A stretch of 64,000 bases of DNA from Octopus vulgaris. Taxonomy: Eukaryota. Positions 26,060 to 39,796 of this stretch are shown here, piece by piece (the first letter of the stretch is position 1; the number at the start of each line of letters is the position of its first letter). The translations under genes and the position numbers were made by a program. The notes under the pieces were generated by a model, which made no database searches, had not been told where the DNA came from, and saw only the letters and a list, made by a program, of their open reading frames with translations. Location: assembly GCA_951406725.2 (NCBI GenBank), contig OX597815.1, positions 198,028,001 to 198,092,000 on the forward strand, written 5' to 3'.

Positions 26060-26260
26060 GCTGTCATTCACCACTACTTCATAACCGGTGTTGGTTTGTT
26101 TACATCCCCAGTAACATAACGGTTCGGCAAAAGAGATCGAAAGAAAAAAACAGGTTGCAAAACTATAAAGTGCTGGTCTCGATTAGTTTCCTTCAAATTC
26201 TTCAAGATAACGACTCGGGGAGGTCAGAGGTCATAGTCTGACGACTGAAACAGTTAAAGA
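26060..26260 (+). mobile_element. Degenerate SINE-A 3' part
   Basis: cggttcggcaaaagagatcga...gactgaaacag. Confidence 0.6.
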
Positions 26261-26334
26261 AAGATAACGGAAACACACACACACACATAAATATACAGAC
26301 GCACAAACATACATATATATACACACATATACAT

Positions 26335-26369
<35 letters not shown>

Positions 26370-26374
26370 GACAT

Positions 26375-26770
26375 AGGCGCAGGAGTGGCTGTGTGGTAAG
26401 TAGCTTGCTAACCAACCACATGGTTACGGATTCGGTCCCACTGCGTGACATCTTGGGCAAATGTCTTCTGCTATAGATTCGGGCCTACCAAAGCCTTGTG
26501 AGTGGATTTGGCAGACGGAAACTGTCGTATATATGTATATATATATATGTATGTATGTGTGTTTGTGTCTCTGTGTTTGTCCTCCTAGCATTGCCTGACA
26601 ACCGATGCTGGTGTGTTTACGTCCCCGTCACTTAGCGGTTTGGGAAAAAGAGACCGATTGAATAAGTACTGGGCTTACAAAGAATAAGTTCCGGGGTCGA
26701 TTTGCTCGACTAAAGGCGGTGCTCCAGCATGGCCGCACTCAAATGACTGAAACAAGTAAAAGAAAAAAGA
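26375..26770 (+). mobile_element. SINE-A, full length (tRNA-derived head, internal TA/TG microsatellite)
   Basis: A box TGGCTGTGTGG, B-box-like GATTCGGTCCC, tail gactgaaacaagtaaaag. More than ten copies in the window. Confidence 0.92.
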
Positions 26771-27909
26771 AATATATATAAACGTACGTCACACACGCAC
26801 ACACGTATATATATATATATATGTGTGTGTGTGTGCGTTTGTGTGTGTGTATATGTATGTGTGTGTGCGTGTGTGTGCATGTAATCAGAGAAACATCAAT
26901 ACATGCCTTTATACATTTACATGCTTGTATAGAAGAGTACTGATAAATTTACATGAACTGTTTGCTCTAACAATCTAAGGTAAGTACCTATGTTTGAAAA
27001 TACATTCATCTTAGGCATTTAGTTATATGCGCTCGAGGATTTATTAAGGTGTTTTATATTACATTTTCTTTATTTTTGGCGCCTTTGAAGAAGTGTTATT
27101 CGCTTTTAGATGTTAGAATGGCTGTTTTGAGATAATCTATACGTAGGTATATTCACAATGGTTGTTTAATTCTCTTGAAAGGACATATTTAGAATGATGC
27201 GTTTATTCACATGATCTGCTTCCACTGTATACATTCAATGAATTACAGCTTAATTTACTAGTTGATTTTTAAAGAATACAGGTTTGAATACAATAGCAAT
27301 TGGTTTGAGTGCCTCCGACTCATTGTCATAAATATCAGTCACATAAGAACAGATAATGTCACAGCAGCATATTATTTGAACTTGTGTTATTCGCCAATAA
27401 CGAAAAAAAGAAAAAAAGAAAGAAGGGAATAGCCATTTCGTATTTATCACATATTCAAACGATGCTAATATTGTAATAATGGAAGCGAAGAACGTTAATA
27501 TGTTTCTCCAACAAGGACATGAGGTTGACAATCGTGGTATTCCAAAATGAAAACAATGTCAGGTGTTTAAATTCAGCTCTTTGTACAAGCAAAGTTGAAA
27601 TCTATACAATTCACCACATACGATTGTATCCAAAAATAAGACAAATTGCGTGAATATCATATCTTATATATATATATATATATTCTGTTTTGATTTTAAT
27701 ATGCTGCAAATCTAATTTTGATTATTATTTGAACGCTATTCACCAATTGTTGCATTATATTTGTTCAAAAGATTTACCGTCTCAATGAATTGGAACCGCA
27801 TCTCTCCCAAATTAGGGATTGTTTTCTGCAATTTAATGTAACTATCACTACTTGCGCAAGATTTTAGAAATATAGCTAAACATCGGTATGAAATAACAGT
27901 AATAATCCC

Positions 27910-27993
<84 letters not shown>

Positions 27994-28249
27994 ATAATGG
28001 CAAATATGGAGGAGATTGTGGACAATGAAGAGAATAGACGCGATACCAATAGCAATTTGAACATTTGGAAGTATCAGCACTCAATTACCAACATGACTGA
28101 AAAAGACAGCTACAAAAATTAGCATTAGTTGGAACTGCAAAAATTCTTCGCATGGTTCTTGAAGCATGACCAGTAAACAAATGTCACCTTATTCTGTTAG
28201 CTGTGGACAGATGACACTACGCAGCAGAATAAGATGAGGGTTTTCATGA

Positions 28250-28341
<92 letters not shown>

Positions 28342-28472
28342 AATGATAATAATAATGATAATAATAATGACAATAATAATGATAATAACAACAATAATAA
28401 CAATAATAATAATAGTAATAATAATTACAACAACAACAACAATAAAAATAATAATAACAATAACAATAAAAT

Positions 28473-29035
28473 GTAGTTACAGGCAGTGGCTCTCGTGGCT
28501 TCTGATCTTAACTGATTGGAAGTGTGATGTACATTATTTTGTCTTGGTATAAAAGATGGGCTACATCAAATATTCTCGTCAATACCACATATTTGCTTGT
28601 CAGTTGTTTGACCTTAACCAGTTGAGCATGTCACTTAGTGGCAGACGATATGTGCATCGCTAACTAAGAGCAGAAGTAGTAGGGAAGCATTATAGCCGTG
28701 TGTTGTAAGGAATTCTTGGAGGTTTGGATAATTCACCTTTGGAAACATGAGTGGTTCGTTCATCCTCCTTAAACAATCCTTATTCAGGGACCTTTTGGAC
28801 GGGATGGGCTACTCGACCAGAAGAAGATTCTAACTGGGCCACCCCTGCAAGGCTATGCGCTGTTTATCTTGATATGAGATCACCATGTCACGCACATATG
28901 GTTGTGATGTGTGAGCTTCGTGTACCCTTATCATACGGGTCTTGTTGAGGGGTATACTGGGCTTCGTACATTTTACCCCAGTGTCACTTTGATTACCTGC
29001 ACTGCTCTCTCACTCAATACTCTCTCATCACTCAA
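28473..29035 (+). mobile_element. Non-coding repeat family C inserted in (AAT)n
   Basis: Homologous to 61692-62030 (inverted). Both copies end ctctctcactc-aat and sit within AAT/ATT arrays. Confidence 0.85.
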
Positions 29036-29120
29036 TAATAATAATAATTATTATTATTATTATTATTACTCATATTATCATTATTATTATTATTATCACT
29101 CTCTCACTCAATTATTATTA

Positions 29121-29177
<57 letters not shown>

Positions 29178-29225
29178 TATCAATATAATAATATTACTTC
29201 TCACTCTTCCTAATAATAATAATTA

Positions 29226-29256
<31 letters not shown>

Positions 29257-29313
29257 TATTATTATTATAATTAATTATTATTATTATTATTATAATCATC
29301 ATTATCATTATTA

Positions 29314-29361
<48 letters not shown>

Positions 29362-29374
29362 TATTATTATTATA

Positions 29375-29476
<102 letters not shown>

Positions 29477-30109
29477 CATTATTATTATTATTATTATTAC
29501 TATTATTATTATTATTACTATTATTATTATTATTATAACGATAGCAAAATTCAGAATCATTGTCCGGTGGGTCAATGAAAGGCATAAACATTATTTAGTT
29601 TTAAGTGTGATGTACTTTTTGCTTTTGCCAAGTTACAACTGCACACCGCCAGTTTAAATGGTTCATGAAAGAGTGTATAAAATTCGTTAATAAATCGATT
29701 AAATAGAAATACTGAAAGAAGATGCACAGCTTCTTGAAATATTATCAGTGAATATCAGCTTTTCAAAGATATTTCTTTCAAATTTAACGAGATATTTAAA
29801 CACACATAACAGAGTACTGCTTTGATTTGTTCTTTTCCTTATATGTGAAAGGACATGAATCCAGTGACCGGTCACTGTGGCAAAGAAATTGTAAAACTTT
29901 AACTAAAAAAGATCAGCAACATTATAACCGCTGTCCACTGAGGGTGATAAAATTTTGTTTCAAACGAAAGACTTTTCGTTCTTTGTAGGCGAATGTTTGA
30001 ATGATAGTGCATTAAAAGAGGCGATCTTTGAAGCCAAAAATAATCGTGAAAACGTTTTTAATAAAAAATACATTTCGGCAAATAAATAAATAAATAAATA
30101 AATATTTTA

Positions 30110-30203
<94 letters not shown>

Positions 30204-30430
30204 CGTGTGTGCGTGTTTATGTGTGTTTGCGTGGGAGAGTATATCCGAGAGTAAATGGAAGGGTGATTGCCAGATATGAATACATATAAATGTATATGCA
30301 ATACCGTACATGCCTAAATTTACATACCTACATACGTACACACAAACACACACATACATACATGCATACATACACGCACACACACATACACACACACACG
30401 CACACATACATACATATATATTAATATAAA

Positions 30431-30815
30431 GGTAGCTTGTTTACCAACCACATGGTTCCGGGTTCAGTCCCACTGCGTGGCACCTTCGGCAAGTGTCTTC
30501 TACTATAGCCTCTGGCCGACCAAAACCTTGTGAGTGGATTTGGTAGGGGGAAACTTAAAGAAGCCCGTCGTATATATGTATATATATATGTGTGTTTGTG
30601 TGTGTTTGTGTGTCTGTGTTTGTCCCCCTACCATTGCTTGACAACCGATGCTGGTGTGTTTATGTCCCGGTCACTAAGCGGTTCGGCAAAAAGGGACCGA
30701 TAGAATAAATACTGTGCTTACAAAGAATAAGATCTGGGGTCGAGTTGCTCGATTAAATGGGTGCTCCAGCATGGCCGCAGTCAAATGACTGAAACAAGTA
30801 AAAGAGTAAAGAGAG
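30431..30815 (+). mobile_element. SINE-A, slightly 5'-truncated
   Basis: Matches the 26375 copy. Confidence 0.92.
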
Positions 30816-30819
30816 TATG

Positions 30820-31068
30820 TATATTATATTGGTGGCTTATTCGAAATTTCACCATCTAAAGGCAAATTTATATTGGAAGTCACTAAAGAGAGAGGGTATA
30901 GATTTGCTGCAGCATTGCTAGGAATAGGAGTCAAAACGATTCATAAGACACAAAAGCATTGTCTTGGTGAGCTGAGAAGGGAGACGAAGCACTCTAAGTT
31001 GCAAATATAGTCATGTCACATTATTTCGAATTGTGATGCAGAACATCTTAATCTTCGTCAGTGGATAC
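30820..31068 (-). mobile_element. Probable Penelope-like fragment with degenerate HHR
   Basis: Minus strand CTGACGA-a-gatt...aattc-GAAA at 31024-31061, next to (TA)n. Stem III decayed. Confidence 0.4.
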
Positions 31069-31077
31069 ATATATTTA

Positions 31078-31213
<136 letters not shown>

Positions 31214-31237
31214 TTTGATAATTTGATACTTTGATAG

Positions 31238-32760
31238 GGTTAGGTCTGTATTGGCGAAGACCATACCTAATTAATTGCACCACCTCGCAAAGTAAATTCA
31301 GATCAGAAATCGGACAATGTGCCCTACTCGAGGAGAGAGAGTTATTTTTTACGGAGATATATCCAGGTTTAGGAGTTTTATTCAGGATTTCTTTGAAAGA
31401 ATTTGTTCAAAAACGTCTTCAACTTTTTGGGCTCTGTTTCTGCTTTAATGTGTTTCGGTGTAATGTTAATGAGAACCGAGCCAATTCAGGGGAAATAATT
31501 GTGCCATATTGTTATATGATGCGAGTATGATTTATATTGTGGGTAGATAGCACGGGGTTCAAATCTTGGGTGTATCTTAAAAGCGATGCCCACATAATTT
31601 GGGCAATGCTGATGAAATATTTTCCACATCATGCAGATGATGTAGCGCTCACGGCGGCGATGGGAAGAATAAAGCTTGAGCTTTTCTAGTTGACCCGTAA
31701 TAGTCATGGCCTGTTATGCCATCTATCTTTGTTTGTATTTAACTTTTGTTGTGCTTCAGTTTTTTGTCACTTTGTTTTGTGCAGTGAAACCACAGTGGCT
31801 AACAGTACTCAAAGTGGAGTCAGATAAATGTAGAGTAGAGAAGGATAATTGTGTGGATATTTCTCGACTGGAAAGTTCTGAGGATCCAGGAACAAATTCT
31901 GTGGGCCATGTCAAATTTGCTGTTGATATGAGCGGCCCAGCTTATTTTGTCTACAATTACTTCTAAGTATCTGATGTTGCTGGAGACCGTGACAGTTTCA
32001 CTTGAAGGAAGGAAGTATGGGAGTTTCAGAGTATAACTCTTTTCCGACGTAGATTACCTGAATCTTGTCCTCATTCAGCAGCATATTGCTCCTTTCTGTC
32101 CTTTGTTTATTGATGATGGTCTCCATAAATTGTTGAAAGTTATACATTTTGATTTGAGCAGGGTGATAGCCGCAGAATTTATGCGTGGCTGTTGGCAGTA
32201 TTTTAGTTTGCATATCTTTTATTTTTGCTTGTCCTTTTAATTTTTCTCTAAACGTTTTTTTCTGTCGCGGGAAATTTTGAACTTAGTTTTCTTCACAACC
32301 CTTGGTGGGATGCGTTTATCGCATACGTTTGTGACATTGTCTAGAAAGATCTGTCAAGACATATTCATACTGGATGAGGCGTGTGCATGTTTTAAAAACC
32401 AGTCAACAGATGATAGATTGCTTATGATAGCGTCCCAGTCAACATCAAAGAGATCCATGGTGTCAAACGTGTGGGCTGGAGAAAGGTCACATGGGTTAGA
32501 TTTTTTTTTCGACTGGTGGAATTTACAGAGAACCAAGTCGTGGTCTGAAAGAAGCTTTTTGTTCATTGAAATATTTTGTATTGCGTTAGTGTAATTACTG
32601 AATACAAGATCTAATATGTTCTGATATCTTTTTGGTACAAGAAGTAATTGGAACAAGAAAATACTCATTCATAAAGTCAAGACGTGACTCTACTGTTTCT
32701 TTGGGTGTGCCTGATTTTGAACAGTTTTTAGACCAATCAACACAGGGTAAGTCAAAATAA
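31238..32760 (-). mobile_element. Decayed, internally deleted CR1-group LINE
   Basis: APE-endonuclease remnant NILDLVFSN...LSDHDLV (32354-32668) and RT C-terminus LKLYS..RRRERYIIC. Same family as 52038-53270. Confidence 0.85.
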
Positions 32761-32810
32761 TTATGTTATTAGAATATGTGCGTGTGTGTATGTGTGTATG
32801 TGCATGTATG

Positions 32811-32849
<39 letters not shown>

Positions 32850-32887
32850 ATATATATACATATATATATATATATGTGTGTATGTGC

Positions 32888-32960
<73 letters not shown>

Positions 32961-33019
32961 CGTTTGCACATATATATATGTGTGTGCGTCTATATATGTA
33001 TATATATATATATATATAT

Positions 33020-33165
33020 GAGCAGACATGGTCATGTTGTAAGATTCTTAGATCCCAGCCCTATTGTTCTGGGTCCAGTTCAACTTCGTGGCTCTTTATA
33101 GCCTCACGCCGACCAACGATATTTGAGAGGGTATGAGAGACGGAAACTGAAAAAAGCCCGTCGTA
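33020..33165 (+). mobile_element. Degenerate SINE-A head
   Basis: gacggaaactgaaaaaagcccgtcgtata. Confidence 0.55.
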
Positions 33166-33424
33166 TACAAGTGTGTCGTATGTATGCTTATGCCTGAGAG
33201 AGTGTGAATGTATGTCAAGGTGTGCATGTAGGTGTGTTTGTGTGTGTGTGTTTATGTGTGTATCCGTGTGTGTGCGTGTATGTGTCTGTGTGTGTATGAA
33301 GGACTTTTCACATATAAAAGAAAACAACGCCTATATATTATTTTTATCTTCGTCTCACCAGTTTCTTTGCACACACACATATATATACACACAAACACAC
33401 ATTCATACTTGAACATACATTTGT

Positions 33425-33496
<72 letters not shown>

Positions 33497-33634
33497 TATA
33501 TTAAATTAGAGATAAAACCACTATTAGGCAAATCAAACAATGAAAAACTTAAGCCAATACATAAAATTAATTAATTTATATTATTTTAAATATATATCAA
33601 AATTATTAAAAATTTAATAAAAGATAATGAGTAA

Positions 33635-33706
33635 AACACTACGATCGTTTCATGGCTGTCCAATTCTTAATAATTCGAGTTATGGTTACAGTCAATCTTC
33701 AGGTTA
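33635..33706 (-). ncRNA. Type I hammerhead motif in a Penelope-like fragment (~33500-33960) between (TA)n tracts
   Basis: Minus strand CTGAAGA-ttgactgt...acagccat-GAAAC-GATC-GTA-gtgtt. Same palindromic stem III as 7017-7109; stems I and II imperfect. Confidence 0.6.
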
Positions 33707-33968
33707 TTGAAATATTTATATAATGCACGCTGATGTAGCATACGCTACAGAAAAGTGAACCTACATTAAAATTTGAAACAGTGTTGCACGATTCAGGAGT
33801 GGATACAAAGCGAACTAGGTGATAAAATGGAAAACACGAAATCCATCTTACGTAGTTTTCTACAGCAAATAGAATTTTAGTTACGTGATCCTGCACAAAT
33901 CAAAGCAAAATTTTAATTAGTTACTACGTTTTCACAACTTAGTAACTAATTAACAACTAATACAGCAT

Positions 33969-34024
<56 letters not shown>

Positions 34025-34306
34025 CTTGTGTAGCTATTAATATTTAATATTTCAAATATGACATTCTGCGTTAATTAGTAAAAAAATATTTCCAGTGATA
34101 ATTGCTGTCCTCTATAATGTGTGCCCCGAGGACAAATAAATGAAAGTAATCAACGTTTGATCACTAGGTAAATCTAATCTGAATCTTTGGAAAATTGTTT
34201 TCGAAATTCATTTTAAAAGATAAGTAATGAAATATGAATTCTATATGTGATAAGTACATACAAATACGAGTATGTACGTGTGCATGCATGTATGTATATA
34301 CGTATA

Positions 34307-35345
34307 TCTTACTATAATTGGCCCCGTGTCCGTCCGTGCCGTCTGTCCGTGACCTTCTGATAACCAAACAACTCGTCACATATGCACGAAACTTGGTAGT
34401 CTTACTAGGGACATCTTGAGAATCATTTATATCGTTTTAAAATTTCATTGGAAAGATTTGAAGCACTGCTTCGATTGGTTCGAAACTAAGGAAGGCATTT
34501 CTTATACATAAATAAAGATACATATTCAAAATAATTATACGGAAATCGGCCACAGTAACAAAACAGAGACAAAATCTTAAATTGCGTTTATGACAGTTCA
34601 AACAGCACTTTCAGTTCTTCTTTCATTATTATCATTCAATGGGTCTGGGTGTTGATGTATTGTGCGAAACGCAAAGTGTATGAGTGACGCACAGGGAGAC
34701 ACAGACAGAGTGAGAAAGACAGAGACACAAACAGACAGACACACAGAAACAGACGGAAAAACTATGTGTGAGTATGTGTGTATGCGTTTCGTTTAACCCC
34801 ATCAACACACTACCCCTACAACGATGTCAATTTGGTACAACACCCAGGACAAAAAAATAAATATATAAAAACCATAATGTTAATGACATATGATTAAGAA
34901 CTTCCCAGGAGAAGGTCGACGATATTTAAGTTCGAACACAATAATCGATGGAAATCATCACCAGTGTCCACAGGATTTCCCTAACAACTTGAATCCACCG
35001 GGACTACCTATGCAGAGTATCTCACTGATAAAGTACTGTCCTATACTGCTCCTACGAATTTTTTTTTATTTTGACCTTGCCAATAGACATTGCAACGGAA
35101 CAAGATACACCGTCATGCAATTCAATTCTCACGTCATCGTGTTGGTGTGTTTGTACCCACTCCGATGCTTACGCACAGCCAGTTGTATATCGCTACGAGC
35201 AGAAGTACAGACTCAGTTAATTTGAAAATTATGGTTGATCAAACACAAACCATCGTTTACAAAGAAGTTTTGTAAACGTACTAATATCATGAATATGTAG
35301 TATGTAAAGCTGTACACAACTATAGCAAAAGCCAACCGTTATTTA
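34307..35345 (+). mobile_element. Decayed Helitron with PIF1-helicase C-terminal remnant
   Basis: A|TC start at 34307. Translation FPGEGRRYLSS...LNPPGLP...PILLLR...DLANRHCNGTRY and THSQLYIATSR...IVYKEVL* are Helitron helicase motifs. The 3' end was not identified. Confidence 0.85.
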
Positions 35346-35456
35346 AATTTTGTTACATTTCCCATGACATATTTCAGTATAAATACATTCATATTCAAAG
35401 TTGTTATTATTTTCCACCTTCCTTTCATTTACCATCGTAGATGGATAGGTTTGAAA

Positions 35457-35523
<67 letters not shown>

Positions 35524-35611
35524 ATCCAAACAAGAAAGCACAAAAAAAAACACAACAAAGCGAGGTCGTGGAACAAATATAGTATTATTGGACGCTCAGG
35601 ATAGAAGGAGA

Positions 35612-35646
35612 GTTCAACGTTTCGAGCGGAGCTCTTCGTCGGAAAC
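35612..35646 (-). ncRNA. Minimal hammerhead motif (U4C variant) in a Penelope-like fragment (35520-35720)
   Basis: Minus strand gttt-CCGACGA-a-gagc tcc gctc-GAAACGTT-gaac; loopless palindromic stem III ACGT. Confidence 0.55.
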
Positions 35647-35732
35647 ATAGAAGGAAAGATCCAGAGAAGGGAAGACAGAGGAAAAACATCGCCAACGGTA
35701 CACACGCAGTTACATCTTGAATATATATATAT

Positions 35733-35920
35733 TACTTGTTTCGATCATTCGACTGTGGCCATGCTGGAGCAACACCTTTAGTCGAGCAAATCGACCCCAG
35801 GATTCATTCTATAGTTTCTATCGGTTTCCTTTGTTGAACTACTAAATTACGGGACGTAAACACAATAGCATCGGTTGTCAAGCGATGCTAGGGGGACAGA
35901 CAGAAATACAAACATTTACA

Positions 35921-35997
<77 letters not shown>

Positions 35998-36150
35998 CGG
36001 GCGTCTTTCAGTTTCCTTCTACCAAATCGACTCACACAACTTTGGTCGGCCCGAAGCTGTAGTAGGAGATACATTCCCAGGGTGCCATGCAGTGGGACTG
36101 AAAATGCAACCATGTGGTTGGTAAGCAAGCTATTTACCACAGAGCCTCTC
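35733..36150 (-). mobile_element. SINE-A, diverged full length
   Basis: Reverse complement of SINE-A. Confidence 0.88.
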
Positions 36151-36151
36151 C

Positions 36152-36185
<34 letters not shown>

Positions 36186-36859
36186 TTCTGTACATGAGAA
36201 TCCGATTAATCAGGCACTTAAAACCTATGTAACAGGGCGAGTCGGAATATAAAATGTTTACACAACCAAACTAGAGGAATACATTAGCGGGTAACGATAT
36301 ACAGGGGAAGGATATTCTGTTTATGTATATGATCACCAGGACGCAGCTGACTATATCATGAGCCTTAAGAATCATTTAGAAACCAAACATTGCACTAAAG
36401 GTACGGTACGTAATATAAATCGGATCCTCGCAAGGAGCAGGTTCGGAGTGAGGTGAATAATAAATAAATGACAGGAGCTGGATAGTATGTCAATCCATTT
36501 TTTACAGATTAATGCAGAATTTTGCATCATTAGAAAAAAAAAACGTTTCCATCGGGTGAATACATGAATCGCGACGTTTAAAAACACTTAAAACTGTTGG
36601 CGCTTGAATCATTTTCTATGTTGTGATTCGTGTATTCAGCTCGTGATCATTTTTTCTAATGTTGCATTTTCTTCATTTATGAATTAAAAACACGTTGGAA
36701 ACAGCTGTAGTGGATCGACGCTTTATCCATCTGTTGCTTTATATATATATATATGTGTGTGTGTTTGTGTGTGTGTGTGTGTCTGTGTGTGTGTGTGTGT
36801 GCGTGTGTGTGTGTGTGTAGAAATATACTGAGGGAGAGAGAAAGAGATGTATATATAAT

Positions 36860-36893
<34 letters not shown>

Positions 36894-37111
36894 TATACAT
36901 ACATACACACGTACATGTGTGTGTACGCATGTATATACGCATGCCCGTGCATATATATCCAGTACTATTCAAATATGTATACATGAGAAACTAATGCACA
37001 CAAAAGCATAATCTGAAGCCCAAACGCAGAAGATATTTATAGATTCACAACCTGAAACATTAATAAATAACACATCATTGTATTTATACTTACAGAATTT
37101 CTATTGATAAT

Positions 37112-37186
<75 letters not shown>

Positions 37187-38043
37187 ATGTAAATATCAGT
37201 ACATGCACGTTTATATCTTAGTCCTGGAAAATATGTACGTATATGCTACACACAGTCCCGCACGCACACATGCACACAATCACACACACACGTACCGAGA
37301 GAGAGAGAGACAGAGAGAGAGAGAGACAAACAGAGAGATAAAGAGAAAGATAGAAGGAGATATAACTATAAGCTATCTTAGATCTCTTTACTTTTATATA
37401 TTGCCTGAGTGTGTGATTTATAAATATTCGCTTCATACGCACTCATTCATAAGTATTTATATACACTCTCATAAACATAGGCATGGACACACCTATTCAT
37501 AAATGCATTTTCAAATGGGTTTTGTGTAAATCTTCGTAAAGTTAATGACATTTCCTAAATTTCCTTAATGTTTCCACATTTTAAAATCAATGAGAAATGA
37601 TATACATTTCTATAACCATTTACTTCCATTAAGTTGCAACATCCAGTTTGATTACTATACAGGATAGTTGCATGTACATTGTAAGACAATGTACATGCAA
37701 TATTCCCATTTGTTTATTTTCCTTAATAATAAATGTGTTCTACAATATATTTTTGAAAAATGTGGCGCAAATTAACAAAGATCGTTAATTATATGATGAA
37801 TAACTTTCTTTAATCACTGTTCCATTTTCTTTTCCGATGGAAATATTTTGAAGTCTGAAAGCACGGTTTAATTAGACACTTATACAAATTATACCGAATG
37901 AGGACTCTCTTTCTCTTTTGTAATCTCAATATATATATGTGTGTGTGTGTATTTGTGTGTGTATGCATATAAACTTACATATATGTATATGTTTCCCTGT
38001 ATGCATATATACATATTATAATATATATACATATATATATATA

Positions 38044-38077
38044 TGAAATATATAATGAAATAAAGTTATATTAAAAT

Positions 38078-38129
<52 letters not shown>

Positions 38130-38220
38130 ATAATGAAATAAAATTATAATAAAATAAAATATATATATAAATATATATATATATATATGAAATATATAAT
38201 GAAATAAAATTGTAATAAGA
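38044..38220. repeat. Three copies of tgaaatatataatgaaataaa interleaved with (TA)n
   Basis: Copies at about 38044, 38122 and 38188. Confidence 0.85.
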
Positions 38221-39423
38221 TAATATATATATATGTGTGCATCTATATATATTTATTTACATATAAATATATATATATGCATATATATTTACATACACAC
38301 ACACATACCGAAAGAATTGCTGAAAAGATATAACACCGTTAAATAATTGATTATCTTATATTCTGACTTTTATCTTGGCAAATTTATGAAACCTGTACAC
38401 CATATCAAACAATCTATACATAAAAACACACACACACACGCACGCACATATATATATGGACACATGCATATACATACAAATATATGTGTGTGTGTATGTA
38501 AGCATATGTATACGTGTATACGTGCGTATATGCATACATACATACATACATATATGAGTGTATTATTGCATGAATGCATGTAGGTGCTTATATAACAAAC
38601 TATCCCTTGATGTACGAAAAATTGGTATGCTGACTGAACACAATTTTTCCTGGCAGAGCAAATCTGATAATAAAACAGTACAAACCTATATTTCAGGTCC
38701 ATGTATAACACAGTATATGTTTGTTTTTTTTGTGAGTGTATCTCGACAGCTGAAGTGTGTATTTCCTTTCACATACCACAAAATCCATGATTTTCTTTTG
38801 ATCCGTAAATTTAAGTAGAAATTTTGACACTTCGATCCACAGAAGTCGTAACATTGCAGTCTGACAGTGTAATTACCTCCTTCAGATTTTCTGTTTGTAT
38901 TCCCTTTTGTTTTTCAAGAATATACCGTTGTAAATTCTGATACGTGAATCCTGGTCATTCATTTGAATTTCGAAACAATAATGGAACATTTTTCAAGTTG
39001 ATATTTTTTGGTGGTAAGGTCTCAATATATGTCTAAAATCGAATAATTATTTTTTCTTGCTCGGATGTTATGTGATAGTCGTTCAATAATTAATGGCTGC
39101 TTAAACAATAAATGACATATAAAGCATAAAGTCATGCATTCTCTGTGAAATTTTTGATGAATCTATTATATTACATGCTGCTCATATATAATCATGAATT
39201 TATATTAATATTTGATACGTTATCATACTTTTTCTATTGGTTTAATACTTTCAATTAATCTAGTCGATTTGTTTTATTGATCGTTTCGAAATTTTAGCAA
39301 AAGTTTATAATTTTAGCCCTGTAACTATTCAGCAAATTTTTGAAAGTGTATATATTATCAACCGTTCAGTCGAACGAAATCCCAATTGGAATCTATATAT
39401 ATTTCAATATTTGTTGCAATATA

Positions 39424-39796
39424 AGGCGGGGAGCTGGCGAAATGTTTATCGGTATTTCGTCTACCGTTACGTTCTGAGTTCAAATTCCGCCGAGGTCGCC
39501 TTGCTTTTCACCCTTCGGGGTCGATTAAATAAGTACGCACTGGGGTCGATGTAATCGACTTAATCAGTTTGTTTGTCCTTGTTTGTCCCCTCTGTGTTTA
39601 GTCCACTTGTGGGTAGTAAAGAAATAGGTATTTCGTCTGTCTTTACGTTCTGAGTTCAAATTCCGCTGAGCTCGACTTCGCTTTTCATCATTTCGTGGTC
39701 GATGATTAATTAAGTACCAGTTGCGTACGGGGTTTGACTAATCGACTGCCCTCATCCCCAAAAAACTTCGGGCCTTATGTCTAGAGTAGAAAAGAT
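39424..39796 (+). mobile_element. SINE-B dimer with 16-bp TSD
   Basis: TSD tatttgttgcaa(t/c)ata at 39408-39423 and 39797-39812; the core occurs twice. Confidence 0.9.
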
